A DNA stretch of 60,470 nt, the filler included, from Dimargaris cristalligena (taxonomy: Eukaryota), in NCBI GenBank assembly GCA_003614675.1. It is 4 parts of 4 records of this genome, joined end to end, with 100 filler letters (N's around TTAATTAATTAA, not from the genome) between each part and the next. Parts side by side here need not be neighbours in the genome. Positions count along the whole stretch, not along the records: positions 45,444 to 60,470 come from ML002917.1; 3 more parts are not named here. One strand, 5' to 3'. A model generated the notes under the pieces. The model was not told the origin of the DNA, searched no databases, and saw only the letters and a list, made by a program, of their open reading frames with translations. How positions within the stretch are numbered: the first letter of the stretch is position 1; each line of letters opens with the position of its first letter. A program made the translations under genes and the position numbers. Below are positions 49,482 through 60,470 of the stretch, piece by piece.

Positions 49482-49823
49482 ATGCACTTTCCAACTATCA
49501 TACTTACCCTCGCCTTGATGACTGTGCCCGCTTATAGCCATGACACCACCCTGGCTACTACCAACTTATTCGGCCAATTGAGCCGCCGCTCACCCGCCGT
49601 TCGCACTGCTATTAAGAACGCTTTCAACAAAATCACTAGTCCATTTCGTCAAAAACCCAAAACCACAGACAATAGTTCCCAAAAACCAACGATTCATAAA
49701 CCTGAACATAAGGACTCAAATGATGCCAAGGTTAATCCGCAGCCAACTACCTTAAATTCCGCAAGAAAGGACCCAAACCACCAGGGCAGTCCGCATCGTA
49801 TCACTTTGCAAAAGATCTCTTAA
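49482..49823 (+). CDS. Hypothetical small secreted basic protein, 113 aa
   Basis: CACCATG; signal peptide MHFPTIILTLALMTVPAYS; dibasic SRR site; CATAAATA at ~49316. The 3' end could be extended by an unrecognised intron. Confidence 0.6.
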   Translation: MHFPTIILTLALMTVPAYSHDTTLATTNLFGQLSRRSPAVRTAIKNAFNKITSPFRQKPKTTDNSSQKPTIHKPEHKDSNDAKVNPQPTTLNSARKDPNHQGSPHRITLQKIS

Positions 49824-52494
49824 TCTTTAGCTTCGATATTAATAAAACAGTTCGCCAGTACCAGGAGTCCGGGTGTCCTTATCAAAAATGAAAGTCAGTC
49901 GCCACTACTTGTTCTGGTCCCGCTATATGAAAGTCTGCTAACCCCCCCCTTGCGCTCCATTCAAGCCAAAAAATACCGGGATTTCGACCGCTGAACCTGA
50001 AACCGGTTGCTTATACCCTTTCAAATCATTTTCTAGCTCGTTGCTTTTACACTTTCCAATAAAATCTACTACACTTAGTATTTGTCGTGGGGTATAGGTT
50101 TAGTAAGTGCTAGAACACTGACACCTAGGAAGAACATACTCAAAGTGTGATCATACTAAATGTACCTTATGGATTACAATAATAACAGATATCTACTATA
50201 AATGGAGTTGGCAAGTGCTGGATAAATCTAAAAATTGCATCGGACTTATATAGCTGATCAGGCTAAGGCTATATACGTAGAACCAAATGGGATGTTGTAA
50301 GGTTAGAAATCCATTTCCCGCATTCCATCGGTTTCATGTCTCTGATAATACCATCCCATACTCGGGACATCATTTCATCTTGATTAGTATTTTTATCTAG
50401 GTCAATAAAACCATCCGCGGGAAATCTAGCTTTACCGCTTGCAACCTTTTCTCTCCTCTATAATTATTTTCAATTGCATTACAGACCACTTGCGTTCCCT
50501 CCTTGATTTATCATTCCAACAATCTCTTGGTATATTAGACACCAAAGAATTGTTGGAAATTCATTTCCACCGTCCCACCGATTCTATCTCTATGATTGGC
50601 TCGTCCTACACTGGGGACTATATTCTAGCCTTTACTATATCATTCTATAGTTGGGACTTCGTCCTAATCTTTATTATTGCTATTATCTAACTTAATAGAA
50701 CTAACCGCGGGCATTTAGCTCTGCCCTTTGCGGTTCTTTCTCTTCTTCACAACATTTTAGTTGTATCCGAAAGCACCTGCGTTTACCATCAAACTTATAT
50801 TTCCAACAAGAATTACATATCCAATACCCGATTAAACATAATCTTGAGACTTTACTCAGAATGGACAAAATGGGTAGAATTAAGTAATCCTTTTGTGGTG
50901 GGCTGATCTCCGAATAGCACCTTCCTTGCCAAAGAGCAAGCGAATGTAATGGCTGAAAAATCCTAAAATATACTAGTTAAATCTATTCGGTTCCACCTGA
51001 CTTTATATGTGGTGCTAATGAGGCGATGTTTTCGGTCCAAATGGGATATTATTTGCTTATTACTGAGCAGCATATAGGCGGAATCCAGTCCGACGACGTA
51101 TTTTAGAATATAAAGCGAGTGGTACAGTTGGTGAGATTTTTTGGCATACCACTGGACTAAACCGACCCTGTATAACAAAGGACAAAGATCTGCCACCGAG
51201 TGAATTTCCATTGACGCATTTAGGTAACACTGGTCAGAAAAAAAGGACAACAGCTAAACAGGCTACAGTCGACAATATGTATCACATGGTGAGGAAGCTA
51301 GTAGGGGAAGTGGGCAGAGAGGTAGCCGTGTCAATTATTTTAGAGTCGATTTAGTATTAGAAAGACCTGTCCCGGGCTGCATTATTTACACGAAATCTGA
51401 AACCCAAAGCTTATTAATAAGAAACACTACAGGGGTATAAATAGAAAAATGGAGTAATGTCCTACTTAAATCAAGACCGAGTTGGCACATGGGCATTAGC
51501 CAAACGGGAAGTAGAAGCACAGTGGGGTTGGAAAACATAAAACTAACAATGCTAAGAGCATTGCTTTTGGATCGGTATATCAAGAAGTCGAATAGAGGAT
51601 ACTGGAAGATTGACGCATAGAGAATTTGCAGTTATGGGTACTAATTTAAAAAATACTACCCGAAAGTATAGCCAGCCTAAATAACCAAAGACACTGCCCC
51701 GACTAAATTACATAATCCAACGCCGTGTTTTATATGGTACTGTAGCCAATTCAGCCAGCTAATTCAATAATTTCCGTCAAAGTGAACAAAGACATTCGTC
51801 CACAGTCCCATTGTTATCCACATCGCCCCAGTAACATTATAATTTGTGTATGGAATAGTTCAATATATTTGTCATATTATTTTTATAATGAATGGATATA
51901 CGATAATGCAAAGCCTTAGTTATCAAAGTCAATTAAAGTAAAGAAAGCTGCAAGAGTTGCATGGAATACACTCCGCTACGTGTTTTATTATATGACTATT
52001 GACTGTAAAGAAAGTTGGGATATAATTCTCTCTGTGATAGGAGAATCTCCAAGAAAATAATTTGATAGAGGCGTGAGCTGCCTTTCTAACACTCTCAGCT
52101 TTTCCCTGTCACACTAGCTAACCGACCTTAATCTAGCTGGGTTAGCTACAATAATATTAGGTCCTATTGTACCACGGGATTGTTACGCGTCATATAGATC
52201 GAGTGGGTATAAGTATATAGCGGTTTATTGAATAGAACGAAGTAAAGAGGAAGGAGCCTCCTCGAGCAAGGGGGAGAGGCGGGGGCAATTAGTTTTGATA
52301 ACCAGTGACGGGACAAATCCTCACGTCCTGTTGGATGTCACTGGCCCTGCTATTGGCCGAGTGGGCCATTACAGTATAAACATGTGGCTTGAATAGGTTA
52401 ACTAACTCTTAGGAATTATACCCTGTATAGCTGGGTCGAACTTCTCCCAACGTCTTGGACCAACCATCAGCGGTGGAACCAACTATGGGGCGGC

Positions 52495-54103
52495 TTAGTT
52501 CTGGGCCAGTTTTTCCTAGTTGTAGGCAATGGGTAGGTCGAATGAGAATCATCGGTATATATAACAGGGTTAGTCCGTAGTTAAACCCGTATGGAAGGGC
52601 ACCTGTCATAGCTAGCATACTCCTAATAATAAAATGCGACCCCTTTTGGAATTTAAAATGTATCAATAATTTAAATCAGCTAATTTAAAGCCAGCTGAAC
52701 ATATAAATAGTGACGATGGAATAGTACTTACCAAAGCACGGACACCCTGTTCCTCCCATTCGGCCTTCGAAATCCAGGCTGATTCTTGATCTTTAAGCAC
52801 GTTAGCCAGGACAGCACCGCCCAAGAAGACCATATGCTTACGGTTGGGTGGGTCGTCAATCTGGAGCTTGAACTTGCCCAGTCGACTGGTATCGCCCTTG
52901 AGAACCTGGGTCAAATACAGCTGTTTCACTTCCTTCTCCAACCGACTGGGTAGACCGGGGTACATGGAAGACCCGCCGGACAGAACAATGTGCTTGTAGA
53001 GCTCGGAACGCATATCGACCGGGGCGCCCTGGACCATGTTCACCAGAAGTTCGGCCACACCGTCTGATTCAACGTCCACCAGTTCGGGCTGGAAGAGACA
53101 CTCGGGGGCCTGGAAACGCTCCGAACCAACCTTGATGACCCGGCCGTCGGGTAGGGTATAGGTCTCCACCAAAACGGTGGTTTCGGTGGCCAGTTTCCGG
53201 TCGAGCTCAAGGTCGTAGCTGACGTAGCAGACCTTCTCCTTGATCTGTCGCACCGTTTCGTAGTCGGCCGTGCGGTTAAAGTTGTACCCGCGGAGCTGGA
53301 GCAGTTTAATGAGATAACGGGTCACGTCCCGACCGGCCACATCGAGGCGCTTGGTCAGATGGGGCAGGGAGAAACCCTGGTATACGGGAATGATGTGGGT
53401 AACACCGTCACCGGAATCAATCACCACGCCGGTCAGCAAACCCTGGGCGTAGAGCGTCAGCACGGCCTGAATAGCCACGTAGACTCCCTGGAAGCCGTAT
53501 TCCTCGAACATGATCTCGCACATCTTTTCGCGGTTTTGTTTGGGGTTGAGCGGGGCCTCGGTTAACAGTACTTTGCAGTCCTTGGGGTCGACCTTGAGCT
53601 TTTCGTAGAAGGTATAGTTCCAGACGTGGCGCATATCCTCCCAGTTGCGAATGACCCCGTTTTCAATCGGGTAGCTCATCTGTAGGACGGCGCGAAGGGC
53701 GGCGGCTTCGTCACCCACGTTGATATCCTTGACCTTCTCATGCGAGAACATCTCCTCCGCCCGGAGCATAGGCCGTCCCACGACGGACGGGAACACATGC
53801 TCGGGGAAGTTGGAGCCGGCGTAGCCGACTTTGGCAAACTGAATGGTCGAAGAAATAGCATGGGAATAGCGATGGGTAGTGGGTGGGGTGGGTTAGTGCG
53901 TTAAACTGGATATCCCACAGCTGGGCCAATGGTTTCACAATGGTGGACAGTCTGCTAGGCCCCGTTTATACTAAACTGTAGGAGTGGAGGTTGTTCATAA
54001 TAAAGGCCCGTGAATTATAGAAACGGACGAATAGAGGGGGCTCTACTTAGGACAGGGCGCTTACCCCAGTACCGTTATCGACAACGAGGATTTTGGATGC
54101 CAT
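52495..54103 (-). CDS. ARP2: Actin-related protein 2, 3 exons, 388 aa
   Basis: Exons 54065-54103 ([13 protein letters not shown]), 52732-53838, 52495-52515 (EKLAQN*). Arp2 signatures [60 protein letters not shown]. Confidence 0.97.
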
Positions 54104-55564
54104 GGGGAGAACCAGATGACAAAAGAACAGGCTAAAATAGAACAATAAAGGAAATAGTGAATAGTAAGAAGGGTTGACAAAGGGATAATGAGACCAACTG
54201 CCGATTAAACAGCGGATGAGAGGACCGGCTTGGCTAAGCTTGGCCAGTTAGAGAATCAGCACATGCTGACGTCTTGGTAAAAGCAGTCGGTCTCGCTATA
54301 TTGGCGTAACTCCGCCCTAAATGGGCTATTGAGTTTTGTATGACCAACGGGCCATTCGGTCCATATCTGGCCAACGATTTCTATAACTCTGCCTTCCTAA
54401 ACCCTTACCCGCCTCTAGCTGAACCAGTTAGCCCACTTCGCAGTCACCTCTCTCCGTCACCCTGAATTAGTTTTGGCCAGCTCGCAGAAAGCTGTGACCC
54501 TAATCCCCTCTTTGTCCTGTTATATATTATGCATCACCAGCTAATCACTGTACTTAGGGAAACCTATTCCTATCGCCCTATACAGAGGGGTTCTATAGCC
54601 AGGTATTTGCTACGAAGTAATTCTATTGTAACGGGAAGCAGTGGATCCATTAATCCGCAGTGCAAAGGAAGTCTTGGGCTATGGACCTCAAGGGGTCAGA
54701 TAACACAGGCAGTATGGTCAAGTCGTGTGCGATCTAACCAACAAGGGGTTTTAAAGCCAGCAACAGGGCATAAATCTACTAATTCAGGCATATGGGAGAA
54801 GTTCATTCAGGCTGTCTAATGAAAAATCCATTGGACAAGGCCAGTACAGTACTAGTGGTTAAAAGCTATTCTCACATATGTTCACCCACTTATACACGTA
54901 TTATGTAAAACCTTATACAGCTGGTTTGAATTTCAACCATATCCAGCCGCCTTAAATACTGAAGTACCAGCAGCCACTAGGTTTAGGATTAATCAAGATC
55001 ACGTGCCTTGGGGTGGGACCTTAAGGGACTTGGGTGAACAGGCGGGGTGGTGTGTATAATAAATAGCGATCCAAGTTAAAGTTACACCAACCCAATTCAG
55101 CTGTTAGCCCTGAAAAACTAAACCCCATAGTATGTAAAGGGCCTATTTTTGTTAGGGTGGCCTGGCTCTTGGAAAGCACTGCCCACCTTAATTCACCTGC
55201 ATTCAGCGCGGCCAAGGTGACCGAGTGGTGAAGGAAGAAGCGAAAGTAGTGTATAGTCTCTCCTTTAGGACACTCGCCCGATATCCGCATTCTCTTTTTA
55301 TTTACTTCTTGGGTGATGGTGGCCAGTCCCCTCATTAACTTATTTTTCACTATTTCATAGGCTAATTAGAGACCCTTACCTTAATATCACGTAGCCCGCG
55401 GTCCAAGTCGCGTAACCGCCAGCCCTTTCATTCCCTTCCGCCGACCTTGACGGTTTCTGCCCAGCCCAACCATTCCAGAACTCCGTTCTGGTGCGCACGC
55501 CCATCCAAAAACGACCCCCTCCAGCGTCTAAGCCCCCTCCCCCAATACCCTCTGTAAATTTGCC

Positions 55565-57914
55565 ATGTCGGACTACGAGCTCAATCTCACCCGCGCGATT
55601 CTTGGCGACCACTTCGGGCCCGTGGTAGAGGTAAGTTCTATACTGTTTTCCCCCAGCCTTTGATGGCTTTTTGCTTAAGCGAAGAACCCTATATGGCCCA
55701 CAACCGAACCGACCACTCTGCCTAGGTTAATTTTTTTTCGCCTACGCCTTCCTACAACTAATCGCTCATTGAATCTGTCCCCTCTCCCCCTGCTTATGAC
55801 TATGTCTCAAACAGTCGGTGGGCCACCTCCTGGCCCGCAAAGGTCGCCTCCCGCTCCCCTTAATCGTGCGGGACTCGGGTCTGAAACTCAAGCAGGTCCG
55901 CGAAGCATTGGTTGTGATGATCCAGCATAATCTGGCCACCTGGGCCGAAGCCCCCATGGGCCCCCGCCTCATTGTTTTTTATCAGGCTTCCATCCGCGCC
56001 ATCTTGATGCGCCAGCGTATCGGCGACTCCCTGAAAACCATTGTCGATCTCCACGACGGAGACGGCCTCACGATCATGAACCACGTCCTGGTCCAGGGTA
56101 AAATCACCCCGGAAGCCCTGAAGGCCAAGCTAGACTGGAAAAAACTGACCGTGAATCGGAGACTCCTGTACACCGAGGTATTGCATGCCCTGATCCGGCT
56201 GCGGTTTATCGAGGCGGTCCAGCATTCAGATAGCGTGTCCGTGGACGATCGAGTCATGAAAGAGGATGCCGAGGCCAAGGATAAGCTCAGTGCTATGCCC
56301 AGTGCCGCCGAGATCACCAAGGCTAAGAAACTGCGTATGGAGAAGGCCGAGGCCGAGTATCAGCAGGGCAACCTTGTGGGCATGGTAAGTAACCCACCTG
56401 AGCCTTCTAGCCCCTATGCATCGTTAATTAACATTGGATGGCCGGTTCTCGTTCTTTCTATATCCGGTGCCATAGACGCCCTTGCGGACACACTATTGAT
56501 ACACCAGGAGTCTACCTCAAATAATTATTGTATCTCCCCTAATCCATACCATTTTACCCATGCCCCCTATTTTTTTCATTAGAAACGAAAAATCGCTGAT
56601 AGCTCGGACACCTCCGCCCTCAAGGTAAGCCGCAACATCTTACTAAAGCTAATTTATTTGGGCAATGTGGCAGTAAATTACTCATCTCCGAACAACATGC
56701 GATGTCTTACTCAACCACCCCGGAGTTAGAAAGATACCGGGCTGTAGAACCTCGCATCTAAGTTATAAGTGTTATTTTGTATTGTTTCATTGGGCTCTCT
56801 AGATCCGGGTTGGCTCCTTCGAAATGGTTGAAGAGGTCGACGAGACCATGCATTTCCGGGTCAACTTTGAACGCTTCAATCTTTACCTGCGTAATCATCA
56901 AATTGTCGATTTGGTCCAGGAACGCACCAACCGATCGGGTGGCGCCATTGTCCGGGCGATGCTCGGAGCCGTCGAGGAGAAGATGCGCTCCACTCACGAA
57001 GAAAATTCACGTATGTATCTATTATCCCAGAGATTGCATTGATTACTATTTTCTCCCTACCGTTAATAGACCCTGACTAGACTAGACTAGATCTAACCTC
57101 CCTCCCTTCTATCATGTTTTTTCTTTTGTTGATGAATCCCTCTATATATTATAACTTAGCCCCCGTGACCCTCGTCCAGATTACCCACCAACTCCCCAAA
57201 GACAACCGAATTACCGAAGATATCGAGCTCTCGACCGCGGGATTGGACCGGGGTGAAGTAGATATCCACGGCGGAGACAATCGGTCGCAGGATGTGGTTC
57301 GGCAGTTTTTGGAGGTATTACGCCACGACTCCGGCAACATCCTCTACCGCGACGAACTCCGGGGCGGCGGCCAATTCCGCATCAATTTCACCCGGGCCCG
57401 GCAGCAACTGACCGAACGCCTCCTCTTTTCGTACCTTGAGGAGAAATTTGGTATTCTCAGTTGCCGCATTATGCGGATTCTCAATGAAAAGGGTAAGATG
57501 GACGACAAACAGCTCGCCAAGTTTGCCCTACTGCCCGTCAAGGACGTCCGCAAGGTGGTGCACGAACTCATGGCCCATAACTTCGTCTCATTGCAGGAAA
57601 TCCCCAAAACCGCGGACCGAACCCCCATCACTTGCTTCTACCTGTTTTTCACATCCGTCTCCGTCAGCACGGACGCTTGCCTACAACTCCACTATAAGGA
57701 ACTGACCAACCTGTACTCCCGGATGTTCTACGAACGCACCCTGCGTTCCCGGCTGTTGGCCAAGACGCAGCGGGAGGATGTTCAACAGGACCAGTCTCTT
57801 CTGTCGCCTGCTGACAAACGGGCCCTCGAGGCCCTTGAGAATACCATGAACCTATTACAGGGAAGTATCCTGCGCCTAGACCGACAGGTTTTACTCCTAC
57901 GCGACATTGCCTGA
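55565..57914 (+). CDS. RPC82: RNA polymerase III subunit C82/RPC3, 5 exons, 546 aa
   Basis: Exons 55565-55630, 55815-56384, 56583-56624, 56803-57010, 57160-57914 (1641 nt). HFGPVVE.VG..L...GRL, VREALVVMIQHNL, FRVNFERF, EKFG...CRIMRIL..KGK, LQEIPKTADRTP. Confidence 0.92.
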
Positions 57915-58540
57915 TAGTAGGAATAGTACATATTTGGGGCTTCTGCGCCCTAATTCAACCCTGCTAATCCTAGGGTGGCCGCACTTTTCTTTTCCTTGGG
58001 CGCTATCGAGCCGTACCCAATTATATATATAAAATATATATCCGGGGCATATTTCACACTCTTCGATCCCCAGCTCCGTTTCTCTCGGCGCTGCTGACTA
58101 TATATAATAAAACTAAGTGGACCCCGAAAGTTCTGATACGTACTGCGATGTAATTATGGTGTACGTGTGTATGGGTGAGGCAGATTTCTCCCACCTTGGA
58201 TTTTTTCCCCCCATACTTTAAATACAGTCTATTATCTTTCGATTGGCTGGAAAAGCGGACACCCCTTTGACGTTGATTGACTAGTGAGATAACTCGGTTT
58301 TTTTAACCATGTTTTTTTATAGGTGCCATCAGCTAGTATTTTTGCTCAAATCACCACCCATTGGATTCCCTCGGCTGCTGAACTAGTGAACAACCTTCAA
58401 AAGAACCCGCTTATTCCGACTGCTCGGCACTTTTGTTTCGTTAATCAACCCGCCCGTCGCTCTCCTGCAAAACCCCTGCTTTACGCCTATTGAACTCTCT
58501 CCAACCTCCCACTTCTACTTTCCATAGCTATACTTATACC

Positions 58541-59317
58541 ATGAGTAACTCAACGAAGTCTCCCGTCGGTTCCGGGTCCGCCCAGAACACGGCGGCCCCC
58601 TCCAATGCCCGCGTCACCCCCCACATGGTGCCCGTGGCCCCGCGCATTCCCAAGTCCGCGCAGGAAAAAGAACAGACCCGGCGCCTGATTGTCGTGCTGG
58701 AACAAGCCACCCTGGAGATCCACAAGGTGGGCAAGGACAAGGAAGCCCGCTACCAGCTCCTCAACTGCGACGACCACAAGAACATCCTCCGCAAACTCAA
58801 CAAGGACGTGACCGATTACCGCCCGGACATTACCCACCAGTGTTTGTTGACCCTCTTGGACAGTCCGATTAACAAGGCCGGTTTACTCCAGGTGTTCATT
58901 CACACCCGCGACAATGTGCTCATTGAAATTAACCCCCAGGTGCGGATTCCCCGGACCTTCAAGCGTTTCGCCGGGCTCATGGTCCAGCTGCTGCACAAAC
59001 TGAGTATCCGTTCCGTCAACGGGTCCGAACGCCTGCTGCAGGTCATCAAGAACCCCATCACCGACCATATCCCCGCCAATTCTTACAAGATTGCCCTGTC
59101 GTACGACGCCCCCACCGTCCGTCTTTCCACGTATTTTAAGTCGCTGCCTCAGGATCGGTCGATTGTGGTCTCCGTCGGTGCCATGGCCCACGGTGACGAT
59201 GTGTTCGCCGACCATTACGTCAACGAGAAAATCGGGGTCAGCGAGTATCCCCTCTCGGCCTCCGTGGCCTGCGGTAAGGTCTGCTGTGCCCTCGAGGATC
59301 TATGGGATATCTTGTAA
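58541..59317 (+). CDS. EMG1: 18S rRNA pseudouridine N1-methyltransferase Emg1/Nep1, 258 aa
   Basis: [83 protein letters not shown]. Confidence 0.97.
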   Translation: MSNSTKSPVGSGSAQNTAAPSNARVTPHMVPVAPRIPKSAQEKEQTRRLIVVLEQATLEIHKVGKDKEARYQLLNCDDHKNILRKLNKDVTDYRPDITHQCLLTLLDSPINKAGLLQVFIHTRDNVLIEINPQVRIPRTFKRFAGLMVQLLHKLSIRSVNGSERLLQVIKNPITDHIPANSYKIALSYDAPTVRLSTYFKSLPQDRSIVVSVGAMAHGDDVFADHYVNEKIGVSEYPLSASVACGKVCCALEDLWDIL

Positions 59318-60470
59318 TCAACCCTTTTCCGCCGAAGCATCGCGCAATAATAAACACACAGTTAGGGGTGTCTAAGGAAATGGGTCTGGTGAAGTGACTG
59401 CTGTCCAGTGGAGGGCTTTCTATTCTAATTAAACGGCTCCAGGCCGGCCATTTCCAGGAGTTTTTGCAGTATGTCTCTTTTTTTCATTTTCATTTTCATT
59501 TTCAATTCAATTTCAAAGTTCGACTCTTTCCCGTGTGTATCTTGACTATGGACAAGCCTTTGTGTATTAGCTTTTTGTTTTTTTATTTTATTTTTTAAAA
59601 AATATATATTTCGGAAGAAAATATGAAACTCCACGTACCTAAATTTTCTCGCTCATCGATTTCTTTTCATCATTTTTTTCATTTTAGCATACTAGCCCAT
59701 CAACCTATAAAACCCCCGGATTAATTGTGATCACTTCCTTGTAAACAAATTGGTTTGATGAGAAGGGAGTAGCTAACTTGATAGTGGGAATGAGCCTTTG
59801 GGTAACCTGGGTAGGGTTTTACCAAATGGGAGATTTGTGCTGATTTCCATCCCCATTTCTCACAATAATTCGATTATTGCAACCAGACAATCTGTAGTTC
59901 CAATAGTTGACTGGGTTTTAGGATTCGTTTTTTGATTAAATAAACTGATCGCCATAAATTCACCCGATTCATCCCCACTCGCCGTGTTTACGATAATACA
60001 CATCGTCTTTCAGTTTTTCTTCTCGTCAGCAACAGCCTATTTCTAATCAAAAGGAGTAACCCCAAAAATTGCATTTAGAATAAAGAGTGTGAACCATGCA
60101 ATCATCATCTTAACGGCCAGAGCTAGTGCTGAGGGTATGACTATATACATACATATTAATAGCGAATGCCGTTACTACGTTGACTTACTAAACACTCCCG
60201 AGACCACTCATGCAAATTATTTATATATGACTGATTCGAAATCCAAGAACCTGCAAGCTTAGAGCACGCTTCGTCGCTCTGACCATGGTCACGTGGTGGT
60301 TATCAACTTTGGCCTAGATCAGGGCTACAAACCAACCGCTGTATTAGTACCACCTTCACTATTGTCATCAAAAACTACTGACAAAGATACCACCCTCCAA
60401 CCTCCCCCCCCATATATATGGGTAAAGTTCAACCCGACTATATAGGGTAAAATCCATATAAGGGGGCCAT

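Noticed and set aside
13318-54103. LAS17/WASP and ARP2 in the same window as an actin-nucleation cluster
   Set aside because: They are on different contigs separated by artificial spacers.
1-60470. tRNA, rRNA, snRNA genes and CRISPR arrays
   Set aside because: No convincing cloverleaf, rRNA/snRNA motif or repeat-spacer array was seen by eye; tRNAscan-SE and Infernal would be needed to exclude them.

Overview
Eukaryotic, almost certainly fungal, genomic DNA: GT-AG introns of about 140-350 nt, GC3-rich genes, and a fungal GT15 mannosyltransferase. An early-diverging lineage such as Zoopagomycota is plausible but only inferred. The window is not one locus. It is four ~15 kb contigs (15066, 15044, 15033, 15027 nt, in descending size) joined by artificial 100-nt N/TTAATTAATTAA/N spacers. 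Contig 1: degenerate repeat DNA with an LTR-like element, a tandem calmodulin-like + calmodulin pair, an 8-exon Rab5/22-family GTPase, DID2/CHMP1 and a truncated WASP/LAS17. Contig 2: RlpA/expansin-like secreted protein, KRE2/KTR mannosyltransferase, MIX17/CHCHD2, two orphan secreted proteins and a partial LTR copy. Contig 3: an F-box/LRR-like gene broken by one in-frame TAA, a large PX + PB1-like scaffold and a CAP/SCP protein. Contig 4: a third LTR copy, a small secreted orphan, ARP2, RPC82 and EMG1. Most notable signals: (i) a dispersed LTR-like repeat whose copies differ by reciprocal CG>TG / CG>CA changes inside kb-long CpG-free domains, suggesting repeat-targeted CpG hypermutation; (ii) the calmodulin pair with asymmetric intron structure; (iii) the single-stop LRR gene; (iv) several effector-like secreted orphans. 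All alignments and counts were done by eye.
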